Source: Syntrophales bacterium
GTDB taxonomy: Bacteria > Desulfobacterota > Syntrophia > Syntrophales > UBA4778
Assembly: GCA_963665615.2 (NCBI GenBank)
Contig: CAXXQE010000007.1
Location: forward strand, 1-64,000
Direction of reading: 5' to 3'
Length of the DNA stretch: 64,000 bases
Each line of letters opens with the position of its first letter. Position 1 is the stretch's first letter. The position numbers and the translations under genes were made by a program. Under the pieces are notes generated by a model. That model was not told the DNA's origin, made no database searches, and saw only the letters and a list, made by a program, of their open reading frames with translations. Shown here in pieces: positions 1 through 9,921 of this stretch.

Positions 1-328
1 CTCGCGACGCAACATCCTGACTGTCAATAGCCGGCAGAGTTCATGATTGAATGGATGGTCCAGGCTGGCATGACGAAAGCGTTCACGAATTTGTTCCTCT
101 GCTTCTTTGAGCTGACCAGGGTCAAAGCGTGATGCGCTCAGTGCAGCGGCCTCCTCTGTTCCGACATCCTTGATGTCGGCATCTGTCAGCCCCCACATTT
201 GAATATTTTCAGGTGCTTTTCTGTTAAAGTGGTTCCTGCTCCAGCAGGATACGCCCATTTCTGTCCTTGGCGTCACTCGCCAGTACCATTTCCGGACGGA
301 TATCTTCGAGGTTGATACGTGCCATCAT
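1..328 (-). CDS. Hypothetical protein, runs off the window start
   Basis: Hand-translated open frame MMARINLEDIVRKWYWRVTPRTEMGVSCWSRNHF... preceded by a GGAGG RBS; not in the ORF track because it is truncated. Confidence 0.6.
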
Positions 329-630
329 TCCTCCGAGTTGAGAATATATAAAAATACACTGATGCTATTTCTTATCGCCCGTTTTGTCATTTTCTTTAAT
401 CCGGCAAGCAACTTACCTTACACTGCCTGCAAAAAAAACAGGCCAGTGAATCAAGGATTCGCCTCCGGAGTTCAACTGCCTCTTGTTGACGTTATGGTTT
501 TATAATGGCGTAAAGTTGAATCCGACAGCGAGCATATTGTTCTCAGCTTGCTGCGGGTAAGTGAGCGAATAATGCAAAACCTCTTCCTTGAGAATTAGAA
601 ATTGTTCCGGCGAATCTTCAAAATATTCTC

Positions 631-660
631 TTGACAATAGAACGATAGTTCTATTATGAT
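631..660 (+). promoter_or_regulatory. sigma70 promoter of lexA with overlapping palindromic operator
   Basis: TTGACA 631-636 and TATGAT 655-660; palindrome AATAGAAC-gata-GTTCTATT at 636-655 lies between them. Confidence 0.75.
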
Positions 661-666
661 TAATTT

Positions 667-1255
667 ATGAAAACAAAACGAACCATTCAATGGGTTGAAG
701 AACAGATCGGGGTGTTTCTCAGGGCCAACAGGCGGATGCCGACCTATTCGGAGATGATGGATTTGCTCAGTGTCCGTTCGAAGAGCGTAGTCGATTTCTG
801 GATCAAGAAGCTGATTGCAAAAGGAGTTCTTGAAAAAGATGATCGGGGATTCTTGCGCGCCGCTCGTCGCTCTTTCGGACTGCCCATGGTGGGGCATATC
901 CAGGCGGGTTTTCCATCTCCGGCCGAAGAGGAACTACAGGACGTCGTCTCTCTTGACGAATTTCTCATCAACCGTCCGGGGGCTTCGTTTCTGTTGCGTG
1001 TCAGCGGTGATTCCATGATTGACGAGGGGATCAAAGAGGGCGATCTTGGTGATCATCGAAAAGGGACGTGAGCCTCGCAATGGCGATATTGTAATCGCCG
1101 AGGTGGATGGCGACTGGACTCTGAAGTATTTCCGGAGAGAAGGTGGGGAGGTCGTGCTCGAAGCAGCCAATTCGAAATATCCGCTGATCCGTGCAAGGCA
1201 GGAATTGCGAATTGGAGGGGTTGTGTCGGCAGTGGTGAGAAAGTACCATAAATGA
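667..1255 (+). pseudogene. lexA: LexA repressor (wHTH + S24 peptidase), split by a +1 frameshift at 1048-1049 (possible sequence error)
   Basis: N-terminal MPTYSEM..RSKS helix region, Ala-Gly cleavage site (IQAGFPSP), catalytic Ser (VSGDSM) and Lys (TLKY); deleting one G gives GDLVIIEKG and a 195-aa protein. Confidence 0.85.
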
Positions 1256-1448
1256 GGAGTTTATGGTTCTGGGGCCAGAGTCGCAAAGAAAAATATATGA
1301 ATGTGTTATTTTTTTAAGTAATTCAACTTGATGAGTATTATTCCTAAAATAGATTCTAAGATTTGTGTGACGCTTTTATTATTCGGGTATGCCAGAGTTT
1401 CTCTTGATTGTATGGGAACAGCGACGGCTAAAATGACGGGGTAGGATT

Positions 1449-1685
1449 ATGGGAATAGACGTTTTAGGAATTGATAGGTTTGGGCGGACAGAATCGCTGC
1501 CAGCGTTTAAGTCTCAGGCGCGCTTCAGATCGGTGTGGCTGGACAGAGTTCGAGCATGGGTCGAATATGGCGATTGGGAGGAGCGGGTTCTTAGAACAGA
1601 ACATAAGATAAACTGCTTTTGTATGGCTCTTGTATCATTTTTTATTATATGTATGTTATCTATTATTATTAAAGCAATCCTTTAA
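1449..1685 (+). CDS. Small hypothetical protein with C-terminal hydrophobic helix
   Basis: 78-aa ORF, AGGA-type RBS upstream, hydrophobic C-terminus. Confidence 0.45.
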   Translation: MGIDVLGIDRFGRTESLPAFKSQARFRSVWLDRVRAWVEYGDWEERVLRTEHKINCFCMALVSFFIICMLSIIIKAIL

Positions 1686-1704
1686 GCTTCGTAAGGGGCC
1701 GTCT

Positions 1705-2731
1705 ATGAGAGCGATGGTGATCCGTACCCTTGGCACCGTTGAAGCTGCACGTTCTCCCCTCGATTTGGTTGAACTGCCTGTTCCCGAACCGGGTGAAGGA
1801 GAGTTGCTGATTAAAGTGTCAGCCTGCGGGGTGTGTCATACCGAGCTCGATGAGATTGAAGGAAGAACGCCGCCGCCCACTCTTCCGGTTATTCCGGGAC
1901 ATCAAGTGATTGGCACTGTTATAAGGCATGGGGGTGTCCCCATCTCGCTTCAACATAGGGCAGCGTGTCGGGGTAGCATGGATTTTTTCGGCCTGCGGGA
2001 TCTGTTCATTTTGCCTCAATGGCTGTGAAAATTTATGTCCCAATTTTAGAGCGACCGGTAGGGATGCCAACGGCGGTTACGCCGAGTATATAGTTGCGAA
2101 GGAGTCCTTTGTCTATCCGATTCCCGATCTGTTTTCAGACGGCGAAGCTGCCCCGCTTCTCTGCGCGGGGGCCGTTGGCTACCGCTCGTTGAAACTTGCC
2201 TGTCTTCAAGACGGACAGACGATCGGCCTTACTGGCTTTGGGGCGTCCGGTCATCTGGTGCTGAAGATGATCCTTTTCAAGTATCCAAATTCCAGGGTTT
2301 TTATCTTTGCCAGAAGTGCGGCTGAGCGGGCTTTTGCGCTTGAATTGGGGGCCCATTGGGCCGGCGACAGTGATGCGTCGCCTCCAGAATTTCTTGACGC
2401 CGTCATTGATACGACCCCGGTCTGGCGGCCGGCTTTGTCGGCGCTCAGGCATCTGTATCCGGGCGGGCGTCTTGTGATTAATGCCATCCGCAAGGAAGGG
2501 GGCGATCAGGGAGCGCTTTTGGCACTTGATTATGCTCGAGATCTATGGATGGAAAAAGAAGTAAAAAGTGTAGCAAATGTTTCCCGTCAGGATGTTGAAG
2601 AGCTTTTGAAACTGGCATCGATGATTCCTATCCGTCCAGAGATCCAATCCTATCATCTTGAAGATGCAGGTACTGCTTTGGTCGAGTTAAAGGAACGAAA
2701 GATACGGGGTGCCAAGGTCCTGCTACTGTAA
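1705..2731 (+). pseudogene. Zn-binding alcohol dehydrogenase (MDR family), +1 frameshift near the G run 1930-1934
   Basis: ACGVCHTEL and PGHQVIG in the first frame; structural Zn CGICSFC..C and GFGASG Rossmann motif in the second; removing one base gives 341 aa. Confidence 0.85.
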
Positions 2732-2750
2732 ACGGGTTGTTAAAAAAGCA

Positions 2751-2793
2751 AAAAAGAACCCCCGAACGGCCTAAACCGTCGGGGGTTCTTTTT
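2751..2793. terminator. Bidirectional intrinsic terminator
   Basis: AAAAAGAACCCCCGAACGG-loop-CCGTCGGGGGTTCTTTTT inverted repeat with A/T tracts on both sides. Confidence 0.85.
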
Positions 2794-2952
2794 ACAAGGT
2801 TGGGGAGGGATTGCATAGCACCGCTTCTTCTCATTCGAAGCGGCATGTATACACGGAAGGGTTTGACCCCTTCCGTGGTTGAGAAAGGCAGGAGTTCAAA
2901 GACTCGCCTCATTCAAATGGGGATGCTGTCTATCTACAATCATAAAGACGAG

Positions 2953-3090
2953 TTATTCCGGTTTGTCTTTATGATCTAACAATGGAAAACAACTTGGATC
3001 AACCCAGATACCACCTACTTTTACCGGACGTCTATCGACCTTTTTTTTCGCCTTTGTTTTAGTCTTCTGTTTGTCTGGCTTTTCCCGCAT
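2953..3090 (-). CDS. Small Lys-rich hypothetical protein (45 aa)
   Basis: MREKPDKQKTKTKAKKKVDRRPVKVGGIWVDPSCFPLLDHKDKPE, AGGA upstream; below ORF-track cutoff. Confidence 0.45.
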   Translation of the reverse strand: MREKPDKQKTKTKAKKKVDRRPVKVGGIWVDPSCFPLLDHKDKPE

Positions 3091-3678
3091 CTGAGATTGT
3101 CCTGTTGACTGTTGGAAGGAACTATGAACCTTTCTAAAGGTTACATCAATCGGGGTGAATCTGAATATTCATTAAGAGTGGGAAAAATATCGTCTTAGGA
3201 AAAAAATATATCGAGTATCGGCGTTTGTCCTATGCTGACAGGGCGTGTCGCTTTGTCTCACCGGGATGCGGTATATAACATACTGTATTTAATGAGATAG
3301 AGGCGAATATGAGAAGGCGGTCGTCAGTTATGTGAGGTGAGAATTGAACGGAGGAATTTATACTCATGTCTTGATCATGCTTGATTTTATTTTTGATTCA
3401 TGAGAAAAATCCCATAATCGGAAGCTTTATGACGATATGCGTCATGTCATCGAGCGTATAGAGGTTAAGCGTTTGGATTTCCGGTCGACAATGAGGATAC
3501 GCACAGATATTGAAGAGAGTTGCCCGGTAGCATTTTTTTTAGGCGGTTCTTTATTTGATAATCGTTTATCCGATGAGATGTTTCCAATATGGTATCAACG
3601 TACGACCATCCAGGATCCGATAGATAATGACTTGCATGTGATTAAAGTGCTCAACTGACAGAAAAAAGGGGATGGATA

Positions 3679-4062
3679 ATGGATAGCGTAAAAAAAACGG
3701 ATTTTAAAATCATTGACCTTAAGTTTATTACGATTGAGATGGAAGCCAGTGAAATTCTGGAAAGCGCTAAAGAATATGCTGATTCGGAAATCGGTCTTTT
3801 TTGCCTGGAGGCGCGTGTCAGAAAACTAACCGATGGGGAGATGGTAAACTTCAAGGTGGATGCTCACCATGCGATGGTTGAACTCTCGGTTGTCGTCTGG
3901 GAAGGATATGCCGATGATGACCTCGCCGACATTAAAGATTGGATCGAAAATCAGGATGAATCGTCCGCTATGATATTGGTTGAACTTCAAGCCAGAGGGA
4001 TGCAGGATGACGAGTTTGAGGCTTTTCAGGCATGCGCCCCAGAGTATTTTGAAGAAGAATAA
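3679..4062 (+). CDS. Acidic hypothetical protein
   Basis: 127-aa Asp/Glu-rich ORF with purine-rich RBS, followed by a terminator. Confidence 0.7.
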   Translation: MDSVKKTDFKIIDLKFITIEMEASEILESAKEYADSEIGLFCLEARVRKLTDGEMVNFKVDAHHAMVELSVVVWEGYADDDLADIKDWIENQDESSAMILVELQARGMQDDEFEAFQACAPEYFEEE

Positions 4063-4104
4063 TTTGTGTCGCTAGGAAAGCCCCACCTATAGAAAATCAG
4101 CCAC

Positions 4105-4148
4105 ACTCAGGCCGTCGAAGCTCATGACTTCGACGGCCTGAGTTGTTT
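4105..4148 (+). terminator. Intrinsic terminator
   Basis: ACTCAGGCCGTCGAAG-loop-CTTCGACGGCCTGAGT followed by TGTTT. Confidence 0.75.
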
Positions 4149-4800
4149 GTGCCTTTTTCTCAACGTAAAATTTTCTCGATAAGATGCAGAGGGAAGCAGA
4201 TAGGCATTGTCATAGCCACCTGCATCGGGCATGCGTCTCTCTTTTGGTTAACTACAGTAAAGAAGTGTAAATAGAATTTAATCAATTTGTAATAGTTTAA
4301 GTACGACTAGGAAAAAATATCCCGGGCCATGTGTCACCTTTTTTCCTGTTTACAAAAGCCTGGATTGGTAATTCATAAAACATACCTGCCAACAAATCAC
4401 GAAAAAAAATTATTTTCCCCCCATCAATAAGTTACGCGTTACTCCTCATATGGCAATGAATTTACTGTCTGCTAGGGATGGCTGTCCGTTCTCTCTTCAA
4501 TTGCCATGTCTTTGGCAAAACGGTCTGTCGAGACATTGCATCTCATCTATTGGGTCTCGGTAAAACAATCGTCGTATCGACTATAATTCTAAAATATAAT
4601 TTTTGAATATAATATTTTCTTCCGGTCAGAGATCAGTGTTGAAGACTGAAGGGCGCATAGAGAGGAGAGTAGGAAAATGGACTGGCTAAAGAGCGCTCGA
4701 TGGTTCTGGATCACTCTGGCTGACATCCACTGAATGCCCCGAGTTGCGTAACTTATCGGTGCATGCTTGCGAGGCATAGTGAGCGTATGGCATGCATAGC

Positions 4801-4816
4801 TGGCATTTGGGTTGCT
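4801..4816 (+). promoter_or_regulatory. sigma54 (-24/-12) promoter of the flgD operon
   Basis: TGGCATTTGGGTTGCT = GG-N10-GC, about 100 nt upstream of flgD; weaker candidate TGGCAATGAATTTAC at 4451 follows an IHF-like CATCAATAAGTTA at 4422-4434. Confidence 0.7.
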
Positions 4817-4919
4817 CTGGACAATGTCATCGCGAGCTTTCAGTTCAGCCGTTGGTCACGCGCCGATGCATGACCGTCAAAGGCCTCGCGCATGAATCCA
4901 TTGCAAGGAGGGGTGCCCT

Positions 4920-5582
4920 ATGACCACGACCATCTCATCGCTGAGCTCGACTAGCTCAACAACCAGCTCCAGCGACCTTACCAGTGCCTATTCGTCACTG
5001 ACTGCCTCAGATTTCATAAAACTGTTGCTGACGGAATTGACGAATCAGGATCCGACCAATCCTGTTGACACAAAGGATATGGTCAACTCGTTCAGCAGCC
5101 TGACGCAAATGACGCAGACGGCCAAAATGACGCAATACCTTTCGGAAATGGCGGAGTACTCCTCCATGAGTGCTGTCAATTACATCGGTAAGACCATCAC
5201 GTATTCCGCCGATTCGATCACCGTATCCGATTCCAGTGCCTCCTCGGCGACCTTTACGCTCTCCAGTGACGCAAAGGACGTAACTGCGACGATCTATGAT
5301 TCGGACGGCAATAAGGTAAAGTCGCTGGATCTTGGGAAAACGTCCGCAGGTACGTATACCATCAAATGGGATGGGACAGACAGCAGCGGAGACACGGTGG
5401 ATGACGGCACCTACACTATCAAATATTCTGCAACCGATTCGTCGGGAAACAGTATCAGTGTATCTACCGGCGGTACAGCAACAGTCACGGGTGTCACCTA
5501 TATAGATGGGGTAGCATATTTTGAGACAGCGGATGGAGAGATACCGATGACATCTGTGACAGGTGTTTCATCGTCCTCGTGA
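4920..5582 (+). CDS. flgD: Flagellar hook capping protein FlgD, Ser/Thr-rich
   Basis: FIKLLLTELTNQDPTNP motif and FlgD Ig-like domain (IYDSDGNKVK...WDGTDSSG..DGTY). Confidence 0.92.
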   Translation: MTTTISSLSSTSSTTSSSDLTSAYSSLTASDFIKLLLTELTNQDPTNPVDTKDMVNSFSSLTQMTQTAKMTQYLSEMAEYSSMSAVNYIGKTITYSADSITVSDSSASSATFTLSSDAKDVTATIYDSDGNKVKSLDLGKTSAGTYTIKWDGTDSSGDTVDDGTYTIKYSATDSSGNSISVSTGGTATVTGVTYIDGVAYFETADGEIPMTSVTGVSSSS

Positions 5583-5639
5583 TACAGCCGTCATCAGATT
5601 GATTGTAACCTGTAAAAGAAGAAGGAGGGAGGAATCGAT

Positions 5640-6839
5640 ATGTCATTCTATACAACACTGAGCGGTATTCATGCCTTTACGGAACAGCTTTCGACAATCA
5701 GCAACAACATCTCGAATGCCGAAACGACAGGATATAAGTCCTCGAATATCTCTTTTGCCGACGTACTGGCCAATACAACGACGACGAGTTCCACCGCCAA
5801 TGTCGGAATTGGGACGGCGGTCAAGAACATTTCGTCAAACTGGGATCAGGGGACGATCGCCACAACCGGAACGACAACGGATATGGCAATCAGCGGCTCC
5901 GGCTTCTTTGTCGTGAGAGACGGGAGCGGTTCGACTTACTACACCCGTGACGGGTCGTTTTCTTTCAATGAGTCACAGGCGTTGGTTAATGACGAAGGCT
6001 ATGATGTGGAGGGGTATGCCATCAACGATGATGGCACATTGGGGACGGTTGGCTCGATCACCATTCCCAAGAGCATCTCGGCAACATCGACATCGGAAAT
6101 TTCATTGACGGCGAACCTCAATGCGTCGTCATCGGTGGGCAATACTTTTTCCGGTTCTGTCGTCTGTTATGATTCTCTTGGTGACGAGGTTCCTGTCACA
6201 GTGACCTTCACCAAGACGGCAGACAACACGTGGAGTTGGTCGGCCAGTATCGATTCTGACCAGGGTACGGCAACCGGAACAGGCACCCTCAGCTTCGATA
6301 GTTCAGGCGTGCTTACAACCGGCACGGATCCGACGATTACGCTGTCATTGACTAACGGTGCAACGATCACCCAAACCCTGACATGGGATCTTTACAGTAG
6401 TTCCGGCGTATCAGACGGTAGTCTCACACAGTATTCTTCAACATCGACTTTAACCGATACGTCGCAGAACGGAACGGCAGCAGGGCAATTAGAGAGTGTC
6501 GCAACGAGTGACAGCGGCGTGGTGTCCGCCACGTATTCCAATGGCGTCACAAAAGACCTGTACCAGGTTGTCCTTGCCGATTTTTCAGACTATAGCGGCT
6601 TGCAGAGTGTTGGAAACAATCTCTATAAGGAAACAACGGCATCGGGAACAGCAGTGCTCGGAGTGGCGGGGGCAAACCAGTTTGGAACGATTGCATCGGG
6701 TTCCCTCGAACAGTCAAATGTTGATCTGGCAACGGAAATGTCCAACATGATCATCGCCCAGCGCGCCTATGAATCCTGCGCCAAGATGTTTACGACGGAA
6801 AGCGAGATTCTTCAGACAACCGTCAATATGGTGAAATAG
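5640..6839 (+). CDS. flgE: Flagellar hook protein FlgE
   Basis: SNNISNAETTGYK, GSGFFVV, YTRDGSF, YDSLG and LEQSNVDLATEMSNMIIAQRAY motifs. Confidence 0.92.
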   Translation: MSFYTTLSGIHAFTEQLSTISNNISNAETTGYKSSNISFADVLANTTTTSSTANVGIGTAVKNISSNWDQGTIATTGTTTDMAISGSGFFVVRDGSGSTYYTRDGSFSFNESQALVNDEGYDVEGYAINDDGTLGTVGSITIPKSISATSTSEISLTANLNASSSVGNTFSGSVVCYDSLGDEVPVTVTFTKTADNTWSWSASIDSDQGTATGTGTLSFDSSGVLTTGTDPTITLSLTNGATITQTLTWDLYSSSGVSDGSLTQYSSTSTLTDTSQNGTAAGQLESVATSDSGVVSATYSNGVTKDLYQVVLADFSDYSGLQSVGNNLYKETTASGTAVLGVAGANQFGTIASGSLEQSNVDLATEMSNMIIAQRAYESCAKMFTTESEILQTTVNMVK

Positions 6840-6854
6840 AAAGACAGGTAGATC

Positions 6855-8210
6855 ATGGCCACGATATCATCTGTTTATAACTCGGCACTGAGCGGTTTGA
6901 CCTCTTACACGGCTGCCATCAGTGTAGCCAGCAAGAATATCTCCAATGCGAGCGTGTCGAGCTATTCCAGGGAAACGCTTACTCTGCAAACCAATGCGAC
7001 TGGCAGTGTGGAAACTTCGGCTACAAAACGGGTCTATGATTCTTTTACCGTGGCGCGGCTTCGGACCGCCAATGAAGATAAGGGCAAGTGGGATGCAGAG
7101 AATACCACACTGTCGTCCATTGAGAGCATTTTTTCGGATTCCGGCAGCTATGGTCTGAGTTCCGCCCTGAGTGCCTTCTGGTCGTCATGGAGCGATCTGG
7201 AGGACGATCCGTCAAGTTCGTCCGCACGCTCCACGCTGACTTCCAATGCGGAGAATCTTGCCAGCACGTTCAATACCCTTTCTTCAGAGTTGGACAGCAC
7301 CGGCAGCGATATAGATACCAGTATCTCCGACGCAGTTTCGGAGATTAACGATCTGAGCTCGCAGATTGCGGATTATAATAAACAAATCAGAATGTCCACG
7401 AACGCCGGACAGGACACGAGCGATTTAAAGGACAGTCGAGACGCGGCCCTGCAGAAGTTGGCCGGGCTGATCAACATCGATACCTATTCAAATTCAGAGG
7501 GAGATATCTGTGTCCAGATCGGAAGCGGAGGAACACTGGTTGAAGGCATTTCCTCGGCGACGGTTTCTTCTGTCAGTAACGCAACAACAGGTCTTCAGGA
7601 GATTGATCTGTCAAGCAGTACAGGAGAGCAGGATATTACGTCGGATGTTACAGGCGGATCATTGGGAGGTTATCTTGAAGTTCGCAATGACGTTATTCCG
7701 TCGTATGAGAAACAGCTTGATAACCTGGCTTCTACACTTATTTCTGCTGTCAATTCACTCCATACGAGCGGTTATGACTTAAATGGAGATTCCGGGTTGA
7801 GTTTTTTTACCGGGACCGATGCCGGAACCATTACGGTCAATTCGAAGATTACTGACGATCCGAGTCTTGTTGCCGCTTCGTCAACATCGGGATCGACCTC
7901 CAATGGAACCGTCGCATCATCCATTGCCGCTCTTCAGGACAGCCTGGAAATGAACAACGGAACGCAGACCTTTTCAGACTATTACAATTCACTGGTTAGC
8001 AAGCTTGGAACTGCTGTCAGCACAGCCAGCTCGAAGTATTCTCAGGCGTCAGACACCCTGACGTCATGCCAGACATTGCGCGATTCGGTCTCGGCGGTAT
8101 CGACTGATGAAGAACTTTCCAACCTGACGCTCTATCAGGATGCTTATGCTGCCTGCGCAAAAGTGATGACTGCGCTGGATGAATTGCTGAAGACCTTAAT
8201 TGATATGTAA
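6855..8210 (+). CDS. flgK: Hook-associated protein FlgK
   Basis: NISNA..YSR N-terminus, DLKDSRD, GGSLGG, C-terminal VSTDEELSNLTLYQDAY. Confidence 0.9.
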   Translation: MATISSVYNSALSGLTSYTAAISVASKNISNASVSSYSRETLTLQTNATGSVETSATKRVYDSFTVARLRTANEDKGKWDAENTTLSSIESIFSDSGSYGLSSALSAFWSSWSDLEDDPSSSSARSTLTSNAENLASTFNTLSSELDSTGSDIDTSISDAVSEINDLSSQIADYNKQIRMSTNAGQDTSDLKDSRDAALQKLAGLINIDTYSNSEGDICVQIGSGGTLVEGISSATVSSVSNATTGLQEIDLSSSTGEQDITSDVTGGSLGGYLEVRNDVIPSYEKQLDNLASTLISAVNSLHTSGYDLNGDSGLSFFTGTDAGTITVNSKITDDPSLVAASSTSGSTSNGTVASSIAALQDSLEMNNGTQTFSDYYNSLVSKLGTAVSTASSKYSQASDTLTSCQTLRDSVSAVSTDEELSNLTLYQDAYAACAKVMTALDELLKTLIDM

Positions 8211-8285
8211 AGAAATATGAATTTTGTTGTAACTGCTTTGTAGACGTCAAGTCAACGCCGCATTGAAGAAGTGCAAGGAGGGACT

Positions 8286-9392
8286 ATGCGAGTCACACGC
8301 AATATGATGGTAGAAAGCATGGCTTACTGGAACGCCAAGCAACTGGAGACGCTAGACAATCTTTCGACGATTGTTTCCAGCGGCAATCGTGTCAATACCG
8401 CCTCCGATGATCCATCGGATTATGGAAGAATTCTGAAGGATCGAGCGACAATCTCCCAGTATGCACAGTACGAATCGAATATCAGTCTAGCCCAGACCTG
8501 GGTGGATACAAATAATACTACTTTAGAATCCATTTACTCTCTATTGGGCGAGGCAGAGGATGTGCTTACAACCGCATCGGAAACCTCAACAGATAATGCC
8601 AATGAATTAAGCAGCATTTATGATCAGTTGCTCGATTATGTGAATTCGACAGACAGTTCCGGCAATTACATATACGGGGGCACCAATTCATCATCTGCCC
8701 CCTATAGCGATACTGTCAAGGTGTCAGGAGGTTCGTCCGGCTCGGTCGTTTTTGATCTTGCCGGAGCAGTCTCTTCCGTCACGATCACAATTACCGATAG
8801 TTCGGGCAATGCCGTAAGAACTTTGACGGAAAAGAACGGCACGGCGGGAACCAATACGGTTGCCTGGGACGGCAAGGATGACAGCGGCAACACCGTTGAC
8901 GACGGCACGTACAACTATACTGTCAGTGCGACCGATTCAAACGGTGACGCTGTCGCAGCGTACCAGACATACCGGGGTAATAGTGAAGGTAAAAGCGTCA
9001 CAATCGGTAAAGACAGCACGGTTACCTTTAATACCGATGGAAGCTCCATATTTGGATCCGCTATCAAAGTATTGAGTCAGGCCATTACGGCACTGCAAAG
9101 TTCCGATTACAGTACATCAGACCAGGAAAGTCTTTTGAGCTCCCTAAAAACGGCTATGAGTGAAGTAGAGAAGGAAATTGTCAGTCTTTCTAATAAAAAT
9201 TCCCAGTTCACAAATGCCGATGACCGTTTGACGACGCTGTCCACTACCCTTTCAAGTCAGTTGTCCGATCTTCAACTGGCCAATAGCAGTGAGGCATCGG
9301 CCGAATTGAATATGCAGCAGACAAATTATGAAGAATCGACGGCAGCCCTTTCAAAAATGCTGGATATGAAAAATCTGACGGACTACTTATAG
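8286..9392 (+). CDS. flgL: Hook-associated protein FlgL with inserted FlgD Ig-like domain
   Basis: MRVT start after AGGAGG, SSGNRVNTASDDP, GNYIYGG, C-terminal LTDYL; located after flgK. Confidence 0.88.
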   Translation: MRVTRNMMVESMAYWNAKQLETLDNLSTIVSSGNRVNTASDDPSDYGRILKDRATISQYAQYESNISLAQTWVDTNNTTLESIYSLLGEAEDVLTTASETSTDNANELSSIYDQLLDYVNSTDSSGNYIYGGTNSSSAPYSDTVKVSGGSSGSVVFDLAGAVSSVTITITDSSGNAVRTLTEKNGTAGTNTVAWDGKDDSGNTVDDGTYNYTVSATDSNGDAVAAYQTYRGNSEGKSVTIGKDSTVTFNTDGSSIFGSAIKVLSQAITALQSSDYSTSDQESLLSSLKTAMSEVEKEIVSLSNKNSQFTNADDRLTTLSTTLSSQLSDLQLANSSEASAELNMQQTNYEESTAALSKMLDMKNLTDYL

Positions 9393-9434
9393 CAGCAAAA
9401 TGACATTTGCAAAATAATAGTTAGGATTGGCACA

Positions 9435-9839
9435 ATGGATCAATACTTGAAAGCCTATACGAATGTGAAACGAGTGACTGCCTCGCCGAGAGAGGTGGAA
9501 GCGGACGCGCTGACGAGAGGCGCAGAGATGTTGAACAGATGCTGCGATGCCTGGGAGTCCGATGAGAGAAAACTACTGCTTAAAGATGCCCTGAAGTACA
9601 ACCAGAAGCTCTGGACGATATTTCAGGCGTCTGTGGCGGATAAAGCCAATCCGCTGCCTCGGGAGCTGAAGATGAACATAATGAACTTATGTATTTTTAT
9701 TGATAATCAGATTTTTTCGATTATCGCCCAGCCGACCCAGGAGAAGGTCAGATCGATCATCAATGTCAATTTGAACCTGGCCAAAGGACTCTCGGTCAAG
9801 ATTCCATATAAATCTGAGGCTCCAGATACTATTGCATAA
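9435..9839 (+). CDS. flaF: Flagellar biosynthesis regulator/chaperone FlaF
   Basis: AY..V...SPREVEA, ALKYNQKLWTIF...NPLPRELKMNIMNL..FI, INVNLNLAKGL. Confidence 0.9.
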   Translation: MDQYLKAYTNVKRVTASPREVEADALTRGAEMLNRCCDAWESDERKLLLKDALKYNQKLWTIFQASVADKANPLPRELKMNIMNLCIFIDNQIFSIIAQPTQEKVRSIINVNLNLAKGLSVKIPYKSEAPDTIA

Positions 9840-9921
9840 TGGAGAAAACGAATGGGCCAAAACCCGCTACGGGGAACGGTTCGGATGACATCTTCACGGT
9901 AAGTAAAAAAATAAATCGGAA

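Noticed and set aside
1030..1075. Programmed ribosomal frameshift in lexA
   Set aside because: No slippery heptamer at the break; the same +1 pattern occurs in two unrelated nearby genes
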